A stretch of 64,000 bases of DNA from positions 719,602 to 783,601 of the forward strand of contig OY764960.1 of NCBI GenBank assembly GCA_963668715.1, in the 5' to 3' direction. The stretch is from Bacteroidales bacterium. GTDB taxonomy: Bacteria > Bacteroidota > Bacteroidia > Bacteroidales > VadinHA17. Of the stretch, positions 27,541-37,790 are shown piece after piece. The first letter of the stretch is position 1. Each line of letters begins with the position of its first letter. A program made the position numbers and the translations under genes. The notes beneath the pieces were generated by a model. It worked only from the letters and a program-made list of their open reading frames with translations. It had not been told where the DNA came from and made no database searches.

Positions 27541-27555
27541 ATCTGTCAAACAGAT
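27541..27555. promoter_or_regulatory. Inverted repeat atctgt-caa-acagat (candidate activator site, contains TTGACA on the minus strand)
   Basis: Dyad about 185-200 nt upstream of the candidate sigma-54 promoter, in the 364-nt divergent intergenic region. Confidence 0.25.
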
Positions 27556-27682
27556 GTGTCCATATTAATATCTTACCGGATAATACAGCTGCCAGGCATA
27601 TTGAAATAAAGTTTTACTTTGGCCTCTTTTTTGATATCAGGCCAATGACAAATTAGTCTGTTAATTAAATTATTATCACCAC

Positions 27683-28600
27683 ATGAGAATACGGGCATTA
27701 ATATTTATAACTTCATTTTTATGTTTGTCTGCCTCCTTATACGCACAGGAGAATGTTCCCGGTGTCGCCTCAATAATGGGTACCGGTAATTATATTGAAT
27801 ATATACCGGGGAACATGCCGCTGGTTATCTCCATTCCTCATGATGGTGACCTCAAACCTGAAAGTATACCTGAACGGCCCTGCATTAACTGTGCAAAAAA
27901 CAGAGACATCTTTACCATTGAGATAGGTACCATAATAAGGGACTGTATATACCGGGAAACCGGGCATTATCCGTACATTATAATAAATCATCTGCACAGA
28001 ACCAGATTAGATCCCAATCGTAATATCGGGGAGGCTGCCGGTGGTAACAGCCACTCTGAAACAGCCTGGACAGAGTTCCATAATTATATTGACACTGCCA
28101 TTAAAGACATACAGGATAAATATAGTAAAGGATTATATATTGATTTGCACGGGCACAGGCATAAAACAGAAAGGATAGAGCTGGGTTATCTGGTTACTGC
28201 TGAAGAATTACGATTAGATGACAGCTTTTTAAATGATGAATCCTTTTATGAATACAGCAGTATCAGGCATCTGATATCTGATAACTTAAACTCCTATTCA
28301 TATACTGAGCTTCTGAGAGGGCCGGAAAGTTTCGGGACCCTGCTTGAAGAAAACGGTTACATAACTGTCCCCAGTATGGAGCATCCATATCCCAAAGAAG
28401 GCGAGCCTCATTTCAGCGGAGGGTTCAATACAAGCACACACAGCTCAACATCAGGAGGTACTGTTGACGGCATACAAATAGAGATAGACCTTGCTCTAAG
28501 GCAGGATCCTGAAAGGAGACGCGAGTTTGCCAAAGCCTTATCCGGAGTTATCCTGGAATACCTGAGCATCCACTATTTTGGAGACTTAAATACTTTCTGA
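27683..28600 (+). CDS. Exported N-formylglutamate amidohydrolase (FGase)-like hydrolase
   Basis: Signal peptide. Spaced motifs PHDG, LDPNRN and DLHGHRH resemble the FGase-family metal/catalytic pattern (PHxG..DxNR..DxH). Confidence 0.5.
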   Translation: MRIRALIFITSFLCLSASLYAQENVPGVASIMGTGNYIEYIPGNMPLVISIPHDGDLKPESIPERPCINCAKNRDIFTIEIGTIIRDCIYRETGHYPYIIINHLHRTRLDPNRNIGEAAGGNSHSETAWTEFHNYIDTAIKDIQDKYSKGLYIDLHGHRHKTERIELGYLVTAEELRLDDSFLNDESFYEYSSIRHLISDNLNSYSYTELLRGPESFGTLLEENGYITVPSMEHPYPKEGEPHFSGGFNTSTHSSTSGGTVDGIQIEIDLALRQDPERRREFAKALSGVILEYLSIHYFGDLNTF

Positions 28601-28615
28601 CCTCAAAGTGCAATT

Positions 28616-30394
28616 TCAGAATTTATAGGCATTATCTTCTATCAGCTTACCGGCAATTCTTCTGCGGGCTTCCTTGACATTCACCCCGCCGGTTTCAGAA
28701 AGGTCTTTAACCGCTTTCAGAATATCCCCTGCATCACCGTCATAAATCGAATATACCGTATCCAAAGCCCACTTACGTATCTTCTGTGTGGCATCATAAA
28801 CATACACATCAGTAATATCCCGGTAAATACCGGCATCTCCCTTTATGCTTTCTATCTTTTTCACCCTTAGTGCAAGAGATTCGGAGATATATATCTCCAT
28901 TATGATATCAGAGATATTATTCAATATCTCCTGTTCATGCATAAGTTTACGTTCGTATGTTTTAGATGCTGCATTCAGCAATAATAAGGCTGTCTTTTTC
29001 ATATTAGCCACATAGCCTGATTTTTCTGTAAAGAAGCCGTCGTCAGTCCCTGGCTTATAAACATCGATATCTGCAATATTGCCGGCCAGTTTTTCCGCCT
29101 CCTCGAACAATCCGTATTGCCCCTTCATTGCTCTTTTCATTGCCGTATCGACAACGAGCATCCTGTTTATCTCGTTTGTTCCCTCAAAGATTCTGTTAAT
29201 TCTGGAATCACGGTATCCTCTCTCAATATCCATTTCTGCCGAATAACCCATTCCTCCGTGTATCTGGACAGCCTCGTCAGCAACAAAGTCGAGCATTTCC
29301 GATCCATATACTTTCAGGATAGCTGCTTCAACCGCATAATGAGCAATAGCATCGATTGATGCACGGCCTTTATCACATCCTTCGGATCTGTATTTTTCTA
29401 TAAGGGTATCAATATCCTTACTCACCCTGTATATTGCCGACTCGGCAGCAAAAGTCCTTATCACCATTTCAGCCAGTTTGTGTATGATAGCCCCGAAACT
29501 TGCTATCGTTGTACCGAACTGTTTTCTCTCATTGGCATATTGTACCGAGTCAGTGATAGCCTTCTTCGCAGCTCCAAGTACATTAGCGCCAAGCTTTATA
29601 CGCCCCATGTGCAATATACTTAACGCTATTCTGAATCCTTCTCCCCTCTTTCCCAGCAGATTTGCCGCAGGTACTTTCACATCGTTATAATATATCTGTG
29701 CCGTCGATGATCCTTTTATCCCCATTTTATGTTCATCGGGGCCTACAACAACACCTTCGCTTGCCGTATCCACAATAAATGCACTCAGTACCCTGTCATT
29801 TTCTATTTTAGCAAATACAGTCTGTGTATCGGCAAATCCGGCATTTGTGATCCACATCTTCTGTCCATTCATAATATAGTAATTCCCGTCTTCTGAGGGA
29901 ACCGCATTGGTTTTACCCGAGTTGGCATCGCTCCCTGCTCCGGGTTCTGTCAGACAATATGCACCCAGCAGTTCACCTGTTGCCAGCCTGGTAACATATC
30001 TCTGTCTCTGATCTTCATTACCAAAGTAGAGGATAGGCAAAGTACCTATACCACAATGAGCCATAAAAGCCACCGAGAATGAATAGGCAGCGCCAATAGT
30101 TTCTGCCACGAGCATTTGCGTAACAAAAGATTGACCAAAGCCACCATATTCTTCATTTACAGAAATACCCATAAGCCCCAGTTCTCCCGCCTTCTTAAGC
30201 AGGCTTTTCATCAACTCACGGTCTCCTTTATCCAGGTCATCAAGATGGGGGTATACCTCCGCTTCAAGAAAATCCCTGCATGTCTGAGCAATCATTATCT
30301 GCTCTTCGTCATACTCCTCAGGTATAAAAACATCCCCGGGTTTTACATCTTTTACAAGAAATTCACCGCTTTTCAGGAGTTCTGTATTTTCCAT
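28616..30394 (-). CDS. Acyl-CoA dehydrogenase (long form with C-terminal extension)
   Basis: ACAD blocks (YCLTEPGAGSDA, GQKMWITNA, QIHGGMGY, RINRIFEGTNEI), 592 aa. Confidence 0.9.
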   Translation of the reverse strand: MENTELLKSGEFLVKDVKPGDVFIPEEYDEEQIMIAQTCRDFLEAEVYPHLDDLDKGDRELMKSLLKKAGELGLMGISVNEEYGGFGQSFVTQMLVAETIGAAYSFSVAFMAHCGIGTLPILYFGNEDQRQRYVTRLATGELLGAYCLTEPGAGSDANSGKTNAVPSEDGNYYIMNGQKMWITNAGFADTQTVFAKIENDRVLSAFIVDTASEGVVVGPDEHKMGIKGSSTAQIYYNDVKVPAANLLGKRGEGFRIALSILHMGRIKLGANVLGAAKKAITDSVQYANERKQFGTTIASFGAIIHKLAEMVIRTFAAESAIYRVSKDIDTLIEKYRSEGCDKGRASIDAIAHYAVEAAILKVYGSEMLDFVADEAVQIHGGMGYSAEMDIERGYRDSRINRIFEGTNEINRMLVVDTAMKRAMKGQYGLFEEAEKLAGNIADIDVYKPGTDDGFFTEKSGYVANMKKTALLLLNAASKTYERKLMHEQEILNNISDIIMEIYISESLALRVKKIESIKGDAGIYRDITDVYVYDATQKIRKWALDTVYSIYDGDAGDILKAVKDLSETGGVNVKEARRRIAGKLIEDNAYKF

Positions 30395-30419
30395 TTTAAA
30401 TTTTATTTAATTAATACTT

Positions 30420-31214
30420 TCAGATTTTCAATGCTTTGACTATCAGTTCTGCGATATCCAGGTTAAGAACCTCTTCCTCTTTGTTCTTATACTTCAGCCC
30501 ATCGGTGATCATAGTCATACAAAAAGGACATGCCGTAGCAATTATTTCAGCATTTGTATCAAGTGCATCTTCGGTCCTTTCTATGAAAATTTCCTTTTCA
30601 CCCTTTTCCGCCTCCTTAAACATCTGTGCGCCACCGGCTCCGCAACAAAGGGCACGACTTTTGCTCCTTTTCATCTCTCTGAAATCACCTGTTATCTTTC
30701 CAAGCACATTTCTCGGTTCATCGTAAATTTTGTTTGCCCTTCCCAGGTAACACGGATCATGATAAGTAACCGCTGTAGTCCTTAACTCATTATTATCCAG
30801 GTTAAGCTTACCTGTACTTATCATATCATCAAGGAAAGTAACATAGCTTATTACCTCGAAGTCGGCTCCGAGGTCAGGGTATTCATTCCTGAATATATTA
30901 TAACAATGCGGACAAATGGTTATTACCTTTTTTATATCATAGGCTTTAAAGGTCTCTATGTTTTGCATTGCCTGCATCTGGTAAACCATTTCATTACCGG
31001 CCCTGCGGGCAGGATCACCGGTACAGGTCTCTTCCCTGCCGAGCACTGCATAGCTTACTTCAAGATAAGACAGTATCTTGGCAAAGGCAGCGGCCACCTT
31101 CCTGTATCTGTCATCGAAAGCCCCTGCGCAGCCAACCCAGAAAAGATACTCAGCCCGCTCTCCCCTGCTATGCAGGTCGGCCATTACAGGCACTTCAATC
31201 TTTTTTGTTTCCAT
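30420..31214 (-). CDS. Cysteine-rich (CCG-domain) Fe-S protein, HdrD/GlpC-like
   Basis: Two CCG-type motif regions (..CPHC.., ..LCCGAGG.., ..ACPFC..), 264 aa, 8 nt after the upstream membrane Fe-S gene. Confidence 0.75.
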   Translation of the reverse strand: METKKIEVPVMADLHSRGERAEYLFWVGCAGAFDDRYRKVAAAFAKILSYLEVSYAVLGREETCTGDPARRAGNEMVYQMQAMQNIETFKAYDIKKVITICPHCYNIFRNEYPDLGADFEVISYVTFLDDMISTGKLNLDNNELRTTAVTYHDPCYLGRANKIYDEPRNVLGKITGDFREMKRSKSRALCCGAGGAQMFKEAEKGEKEIFIERTEDALDTNAEIIATACPFCMTMITDGLKYKNKEEEVLNLDIAELIVKALKI

Positions 31215-31222
31215 AAAGGGAA

Positions 31223-32545
31223 TTATTCTTTTATTGCAAGTTCAATATTTTCAGCCCATAGCATCCTGTCTTCAGCAGCATACTGCCATGGAGCGCCGTT
31301 ATTCTCAATATTATTAAAAACGGCTTTAATCTCACCCGGGGCCTGCCCTTCTTCCATCACCAGGTATCTTCTCATATCAATTATCACTTCAGGATGATTG
31401 ATATTCACCGGGCACTCCTCAACGCATGCATTACATGTTGTGCATGCCCATAATTCTTCTTCAGTGATATAATCCCTGAGCAGGCTTTTTGCATCGTCAT
31501 ACTCCCTGTTGTTTTTAACCATACCGGGGCCCTTTTCATTCATTCTTGCCCTGATGTCCATGATTATTTTTCTGGGAGAAAGCTTCTTACCTGTCAGATT
31601 AGCAGGACATACCGATGTGCAGCGACCGCATTGTGTACACGACAGCGAGTCAAGATAGTTTTTCCATGTTACATCCTCAATATCCCTTATCCCGAACCTT
31701 TCTGCCGGAGCATCCTCTGGCGCCGCGCTAAAAGCCGTCTCGGGGTTCATCATCAGCCGGACCTCCCTTGTTACATTATCCATGTTCACCAGCTTTCCGG
31801 CAGGCCTGAGCCTTGACAGGTATACATTGGGTATTGACATGAACACATGGAAGTGCTTGCTATAGGGTAATATATTTGCAAACAGAAATATAAGTACTAT
31901 ATGTGACCACCAGAATATTTCGTGGTATACCAATATTGTATCTGTAGGCGCACCCTTATAAACACCTGCCATCAACGAGCTTACAGGAAACACGCCTGCA
32001 AGGTCATGTCCTGATTTTACAGCATGGGAATAATAAGAAATATTCATCCCCGTCAGGCTCAGCATTAAAAGAAGGATCAGTGTAAGGGCAATATTAGCAT
32101 CAATATGAGATGCTTTCTTCATTTCTATACCTTCAAATCTCTTTATATGTAAGAAGAGACGGCGGAAAAGAAATATTATAATGGAAACAGCCACTATGAC
32201 TGCAAAAATATCGCCTGATGCTATAATAACATCATATACAATACCAAGAAATTTTAAAACTCTTTCAGTACCTGCAAGCCCGTCAATTATCATTTCCACG
32301 CTACCGATAAGGATCACACAGAATCCCCAAAAAACAAGCGCATGAAACAATCCTATGACAGGCATTCTGAATATCTTGGACTGGCCGAATGCCACTTTCA
32401 TCGTAAGGGCAATCCTCCTGCCGGTATCCCTAACCGGGAATGCAGTCCTGGTAAGCTTAAAAAAACGTATCAGCCTTACTGTTGTGAATGAAAAAACACC
32501 AAGTGTTATTAAAAGTATAATAGCGAAAACAATCTGCTTTTGCAT
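31223..32545 (-). CDS. Membrane-integral Fe-S oxidoreductase subunit (polytopic N-terminus + 2x[4Fe-4S] ferredoxin domain)
   Basis: About 5-6 TM helices followed by CTQCGRCTSVCP and CTTCNACVEECP cluster motifs. Confidence 0.75.
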   Translation of the reverse strand: MQKQIVFAIILLITLGVFSFTTVRLIRFFKLTRTAFPVRDTGRRIALTMKVAFGQSKIFRMPVIGLFHALVFWGFCVILIGSVEMIIDGLAGTERVLKFLGIVYDVIIASGDIFAVIVAVSIIIFLFRRLFLHIKRFEGIEMKKASHIDANIALTLILLLMLSLTGMNISYYSHAVKSGHDLAGVFPVSSLMAGVYKGAPTDTILVYHEIFWWSHIVLIFLFANILPYSKHFHVFMSIPNVYLSRLRPAGKLVNMDNVTREVRLMMNPETAFSAAPEDAPAERFGIRDIEDVTWKNYLDSLSCTQCGRCTSVCPANLTGKKLSPRKIIMDIRARMNEKGPGMVKNNREYDDAKSLLRDYITEEELWACTTCNACVEECPVNINHPEVIIDMRRYLVMEEGQAPGEIKAVFNNIENNGAPWQYAAEDRMLWAENIELAIKE

Positions 32546-32567
32546 ATCCTTATTTTTAAAGGCGGGT

Positions 32568-33539
32568 CTAGCTTGATTTAGCTTCTTTAGCTGCCTCCAC
32601 CAGTTTGGGAAGGACTTTCATGGCATCGCCCACAATTCCGTATTTTGCATTTTCAAATACCGGGGCATCCTTATCTGTATTTATCGCCACAATACACCTG
32701 GAAGAGCTAACGCCCGCAATATGCTGTGTCGCTCCTGAAATACCTACGGCTATATACAGGTTAGGAGCTATAATTTTTCCTGTCTGTCCCGTATGTTCTT
32801 CGTGGGGTCTCCAGCCTTCATCAGAAACAGGTCTTGAACAGGCAGTTGTACCACCCAGTACCTCAGCCAGTTCAATAAGTCCACCCCAGTTATCAGGCGA
32901 TTTCATTCCTCTTCCTCCGGAAACTACTATCTCAGCGTCAGTAAGCAACAGTTTGCCTGTTTGTCTGTCGACCTCAAGAATTTCTGTTTTGATCATATCT
33001 GCCTCTGTGTTAAGGCTGATATTTTCAATCTCAGCGGTGTTACCCGACTCAATAATATCATAGGAATTTTGCGCAAGGGTAATGATCTTAAGATCAGACT
33101 TAATAACCACGCTGGCAAATGCGTTACCTGAAAAGACTCTTTTATATACAGTGAAGGGCTCTGTTGATGAAGGCAGTCTGCTCACACCTGCACCCACACC
33201 GGCCTTTAACCTTACCGATAAACGCGGAGCCAGCGCTTTACCTGTATTGTTATTGGATAGAATGATCACTTCTGCACCATGCTTTTTTACCATATCTGAA
33301 ATTACAGCCGTATATGCCTGGCTGTCGAGTCCTTTAAGCCTGTCATCCGACACATTCAATACCCTGGAGGCGCCATAACGCCCCAGGCTTTCCAGTTCAG
33401 CAGTATCGACATTACCAATAGAAAGGGCTGTTACCGAAGTATTCAGCATATCAGCCACACCTTTACCATATGATACAAGCTCGTATGATAATTTTTTGAA
33501 TTTACCGTCCCAGTTTTCCGTATATACCAGTACTGACAT
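32568..33539 (-). CDS. etfA: Electron transfer flavoprotein alpha subunit
   Basis: FAD-binding C-terminal block (VVSGGRGM.., PNLYIAVGISGATQH.AG), 323 aa, adjacent to etfB. Confidence 0.92.
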   Translation of the reverse strand: MSVLVYTENWDGKFKKLSYELVSYGKGVADMLNTSVTALSIGNVDTAELESLGRYGASRVLNVSDDRLKGLDSQAYTAVISDMVKKHGAEVIILSNNNTGKALAPRLSVRLKAGVGAGVSRLPSSTEPFTVYKRVFSGNAFASVVIKSDLKIITLAQNSYDIIESGNTAEIENISLNTEADMIKTEILEVDRQTGKLLLTDAEIVVSGGRGMKSPDNWGGLIELAEVLGGTTACSRPVSDEGWRPHEEHTGQTGKIIAPNLYIAVGISGATQHIAGVSSSRCIVAINTDKDAPVFENAKYGIVGDAMKVLPKLVEAAKEAKSS

Positions 33540-33570
33540 TATCTTATATTTTTATTATTATCAATTAATA

Positions 33571-34317
33571 TCAAATAAGTTTCTCTTTATTCCTGAGAAC
33601 ATTTATTAACTCCCCGGGATTATCGGCATCAAAGAATATGCATGCCTCTTTTGCAGGCGGCATCTCATAGGATACCACTTCAGTAAGCGGTTCCGTATCT
33701 ACAGGTTCAACCAGTTTGATCGGCTTCGACCTCGCCATCATGATACCCCTCATTGCCGCGATCCTCGGTTCTTTTGCAATCCCCTTCTGTACAACAGCAA
33801 CAAAAGGAACAGGCACCTTAACCTTTTCACGCCCCCCGTCAATCTCCCTTGTAATCTTCAATTCACCATTGTCAATTGTAATGGCTGAGACAGCCGATAC
33901 GGAAGGACATTCAAGAAACTCTGCAATCATACTCCCCACAGTGGAACCGTTATAATCACTCGACTCAATACCACACAGTACAATGTCAAAATTATCCTGT
34001 CTGACTACTTCGGCAATCTGCGATGCCACGTAATAAGCATCATAAGGCCCGGAATTAATCCTTATAGCGCTGTCGGCACCTATTGCAAGAGCCTTCCTTA
34101 TTGTCGGCTCCGAAGAAGCAGGCCCCACATGGGCAACCGCTACCGTTTCAATCAGCCCGGGGTTTCCATCTTTAAGCTCCAGAGCACGGGTCAGAGACAG
34201 CTCATCCCATGGATTTATAACCCACTGAATTCCCGTCGTGTCAAGTTTTGAATTATCAGTAAACCTGATCCTGGTTGTTGTATCAGGAACATTACTGATG
34301 CATACAAGGATTTTCAT
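33571..34317 (-). CDS. etfB: Electron transfer flavoprotein beta subunit
   Basis: MKILVCISNVPDTTTRI.. N-terminus, NPWDELSLTRALELK, 248 aa. Confidence 0.92.
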   Translation of the reverse strand: MKILVCISNVPDTTTRIRFTDNSKLDTTGIQWVINPWDELSLTRALELKDGNPGLIETVAVAHVGPASSEPTIRKALAIGADSAIRINSGPYDAYYVASQIAEVVRQDNFDIVLCGIESSDYNGSTVGSMIAEFLECPSVSAVSAITIDNGELKITREIDGGREKVKVPVPFVAVVQKGIAKEPRIAAMRGIMMARSKPIKLVEPVDTEPLTEVVSYEMPPAKEACIFFDADNPGELINVLRNKEKLI

Positions 34318-34637
34318 TGATAAATATTTTTAAGTTTTAATATCGTGTTTTTAAGCTAATTAGCAAATTATTTCAATATTAATTAAGGCCCTCATACCTA
34401 ATTCATTGAGCGAACAAATATATAAAAAAATGAGTGACTGGCAAATCAGTCTTTTCAGGCATTATATACATAGTTCGAAAGAAACAAACATCATATATCA
34501 CTGTTTATATGATAGTTGTATGCACACACTCGATTTCTCAAAACGTATTGTTCGAAAAGAATGACTGAATTTTACACTTGCACAAAAATACCTCGAAACA
34601 ATTGGAATAAAATTCCTAATTTCGGCAGCCGGTAAAA

Positions 34638-35585
34638 TTGTATTTAAACTCAGAACAATTAACAAAAGTGAGAGAAAGAAGCAGGGCATATATATCCATC
34701 ATGTTCTCAATGACTTTTTTTGCTTTCTCATATGTATGGTTCAAGATAGCCAATCAGGCATTCCGTCCGCTTACTATTGTCTTTTTCAGACTTGCCATAG
34801 CAGTTATTGTTTTGAGCCTCTTTTTATACATTAACGGCAGGTTTGAAAAAATAAGGAAAGAAGACAGGAAATATTTTTTCCTGATTGCATTTCTCGAACC
34901 TTTCCTGTATTTCATTTTTGAAAGTAACGGACTAACATATGTATCGTCGACCGTTGCTTCTGTATTAATAGCTATAATACCTGTATTCACAGCTATAGGA
35001 GCCCTGATACTTTTCAGGGAAAAACTAAGCATGTTTAACTATCTGGGTGTAATAGTATCACTTGCCGGGGTACTGATATTTATCTTAACCGGTGAAAGTA
35101 ATCTGTCATTCGACATAAGAGGGATAGTATTAATGCTCGCGGCTGTATTTTGTGCTACAGGCTACAACCTTATTCTGAGAAACCTGGCAAACAAATACAG
35201 ACCGGTATTCATAGTAAATACACAGAATATCATAGGACTTGTTCTTTTTCTTCCTGTATTCCTCATCTCAGAAGGAAAGCATCTGGGTGAAATAGAATTC
35301 AGCAATACCGAAGCGGTTATCGCCGTTATTCAGCTTGCTATATTTGCATCATGCGGTGCATTTATTCTTTTCGGATACACTGTAAGAAAAATAGGAGTTA
35401 CAAGAGCAAACCTTTTTTCCAATATAATACCGGTGCTAACTGCTGTACTGGCATATTATTTAATTGGTGAGATTATTACAGCAGAAAAGTTTGCAGGTAT
35501 AATAATTGTGATTGCAGGTCTTTTTATGACCCAGGTAAGATTTTCTATAAGCAGAAAAAAAATAAAAAATATATACAAAAATTAA
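34638..35585 (+). CDS. DMT-superfamily (EamA-type) transporter
   Basis: Ten hydrophobic helices in two EamA-like halves. The ORF-track start is a TTG; the ATG at 34701 is an alternative start. Confidence 0.75.
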   Translation: MYLNSEQLTKVRERSRAYISIMFSMTFFAFSYVWFKIANQAFRPLTIVFFRLAIAVIVLSLFLYINGRFEKIRKEDRKYFFLIAFLEPFLYFIFESNGLTYVSSTVASVLIAIIPVFTAIGALILFREKLSMFNYLGVIVSLAGVLIFILTGESNLSFDIRGIVLMLAAVFCATGYNLILRNLANKYRPVFIVNTQNIIGLVLFLPVFLISEGKHLGEIEFSNTEAVIAVIQLAIFASCGAFILFGYTVRKIGVTRANLFSNIIPVLTAVLAYYLIGEIITAEKFAGIIIVIAGLFMTQVRFSISRKKIKNIYKN

Positions 35586-35630
35586 AATTATTTGTACAGG
35601 AACAATTTATTTCTGTATTTTTATTTTGCT

Positions 35631-36104
35631 ATGGATACTACGGAAATTCTTATCAAGCTACGAAGGATTGTCAGGTCGTTAAACCTGGAATCAAAAAAAA
35701 TTCAGAAGCTGTATGGTGTCAGCATCCCACAGGTATTATGCCTTAGCTTTCTGCAAAACTCAGATAGCTACCAGGCAAGCCAGGGTGAAATAGCAGGATT
35801 TCTCAATCTTAACCAGTCAACGGTAAACGGGATTATCAAAAGACTGGAAGCGAAGGGCCTGGTCGCACGTCTCCCAAAAACAGGAGACAAAAGAGTAGTA
35901 AGGATATCCCTTACTTCGGCAGGCGACACCCTGTTACAACAAATACCAAAACTACTGCATGACCGGCTGTCCTTTCAACTCGGGAAAATGAACAGTGAAG
36001 AACTGAATAAGATCGAGGATAGTCTTGTCCGGCTTATTGATATCCTGGAGATACAGGATGTAGAAGCCTCTCCCATGATCACCACCGATGTGGATATTGA
36101 ATAG
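35631..36104 (+). CDS. MarR-family transcriptional regulator
   Basis: Winged-helix block (QGEIAGFLNLNQSTVNGIIKRLEAKGLVAR..DKRVVRISLT). Start taken at the first ATG (MDTTEIL). Confidence 0.85.
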   Translation: MDTTEILIKLRRIVRSLNLESKKIQKLYGVSIPQVLCLSFLQNSDSYQASQGEIAGFLNLNQSTVNGIIKRLEAKGLVARLPKTGDKRVVRISLTSAGDTLLQQIPKLLHDRLSFQLGKMNSEELNKIEDSLVRLIDILEIQDVEASPMITTDVDIE

Positions 36105-36221
36105 TGCCTTTCCCGGATCATAAAGGCTGTTTTCTAACTATTCTCATGCGATCTGACTAGAGCCTGCATTTAAGCTACAGGGCAATAAACTTGTTGTTCT
36201 GTCTTTATATCCTTATTTTTG

Positions 36222-36245
36222 TTTCTATAGAAACTATTGTACAAT
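36222..36245. promoter_or_regulatory. Two adjacent perfect palindromes (tttctatagaaa and attgtacaat), candidate operator
   Basis: 12-bp dyad at 36222..36233 and 10-bp dyad at 36236..36245, between the MarR gene and the symporter gene. Confidence 0.25.
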
Positions 36246-36370
36246 ATAGTCTCAGCACCCGGGAAACAGCAACAGCCCGGCGCAGTTAAGACAGGCTAAA
36301 AGGGGATATTATATTTCTGTTTTAAAACCGGAGCCGGTACAAATAATACATAAACAACAAAAAACGTCAT

Positions 36371-37780
36371 ATGCACTGGATCGATCTTACCATAATAACA
36401 GTTTATTTACTTACTGTACTTGGAGTGGGCTTTTATTTTCTCAAAAGAAACAAAACAACCGATGATTATTTTGTCGGGGGAAGGAAAATGTCAAGTATAC
36501 ATATAGGTTTGTCTGTTGTTGCAACTGACGTGGGAGGAGGGTTTTCGATAGGTTTGGGAGGATTAGGATTTGCGATAGGCATTTCAGGCAGTTGGCTGCT
36601 TTTTACAGGGCTCGTAGGGGCCTGGCTGAGCGCTGTACTACTGATCCCAAAGGTATCGGACATGGCAAAGGCCAAAGGGTTATTATCATTTCCACAGTTC
36701 CTTGAGTCAGTTTATGACAAAAGAGTAGCTGTTATTGCCGGAATAATATCAGCCATAGGCTACCTGGGATTTACCAGTTCACAAATACTTGCCGGCGCCA
36801 AGCTTGCTTCTGCCACTTTTATAGACCTGAGCCTGAACAGGGCTTTACTTATAATGGGGATAATAGCTATAACATACACAGTTGTCGGGGGATTAAAAGC
36901 AGTGATATATACCGATACCATCCAATGGATAGTGCTTCTTGCAGGACTAATATTCATAGCTATGCCGGTAAGTTATATAAAGCTGGGTGGATTTAATGCC
37001 ATAAAAGAAACTGTCAGTCCCGAGTTTCTTACCCTGACCAATGTAAGCTGGCAGCAAATACTGAACTGGATTTTCACGATATTGCCCATATGGTTTATCG
37101 GAATGACCCTGTACCAAAGGATATACGCTTCAAAAGACAAAAAAACAGCACAAAGGGCATGGTTTATAGCGGGTATCTTCGAATACCCTGTTATGGCATT
37201 TACCGGGGTCATTATGGGAATGTTTGCAAGAGTGGCTTTTGAAAACGGTATGCTTAACGAGTATACAAACGGTAATACACTTGATCCTGAAATGGGTCTC
37301 CCGGCACTGCTCAGAACGATATTACCTGTCGGACTGATGGGAATAGTCCTTTCTGCATATTTCTCGGCCATAATGTCCACAGCCGACAGTTGTCTGATGG
37401 CATCGTCCGGCAATATTATTCCCGACATCTTTCGCAAGCATGAATCAAAAAACAGCCTCAGGCTTTCACAGTTGTTTACCCTGATAACAGGTACCATTGC
37501 TCTTTACTTTGCAATGAAAATGCCTAATGTCCTGGAACTTATGTTACATTCATATTCATTTATGGTCTCAGGCATGATAATACCTGTTATAGCAGCGCTA
37601 TTCACCAGGCGACCCGACAGGCATGCTTCATTATGGTCAATGATCTCAGGGGGAACAGTAACACTGGGGCTTATAATATCAGGAGCAGAATTACCCCTGG
37701 AACTGGATCCAATTATTTTCGGTATTACCTCTTCTGCAATGGTTTATATAATTGTTAATACTGTAAGGAAAAAGAGATAG
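36371..37780 (+). CDS. Sodium:solute symporter family (SSF) transporter
   Basis: 469 aa, ~13 TM helices. The N-terminal DYFVGGRKMS and STADS motifs are typical of SSF. Confidence 0.85.
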   Translation: MHWIDLTIITVYLLTVLGVGFYFLKRNKTTDDYFVGGRKMSSIHIGLSVVATDVGGGFSIGLGGLGFAIGISGSWLLFTGLVGAWLSAVLLIPKVSDMAKAKGLLSFPQFLESVYDKRVAVIAGIISAIGYLGFTSSQILAGAKLASATFIDLSLNRALLIMGIIAITYTVVGGLKAVIYTDTIQWIVLLAGLIFIAMPVSYIKLGGFNAIKETVSPEFLTLTNVSWQQILNWIFTILPIWFIGMTLYQRIYASKDKKTAQRAWFIAGIFEYPVMAFTGVIMGMFARVAFENGMLNEYTNGNTLDPEMGLPALLRTILPVGLMGIVLSAYFSAIMSTADSCLMASSGNIIPDIFRKHESKNSLRLSQLFTLITGTIALYFAMKMPNVLELMLHSYSFMVSGMIIPVIAALFTRRPDRHASLWSMISGGTVTLGLIISGAELPLELDPIIFGITSSAMVYIIVNTVRKKR

Positions 37781-37790
37781 ACATATTTGT

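Noticed and set aside
27361-27682. Riboswitch in the long divergent region (hairpins gggctgtatcagccc and aagcc..ggctt)
   Set aside because: If the sigma-54 promoter at 27343..27358 is real, this region is upstream of the transcription start for the minus-strand operon. I could not match the hairpins to any riboswitch consensus I know. It is retained only as possible regulator-binding DNA.
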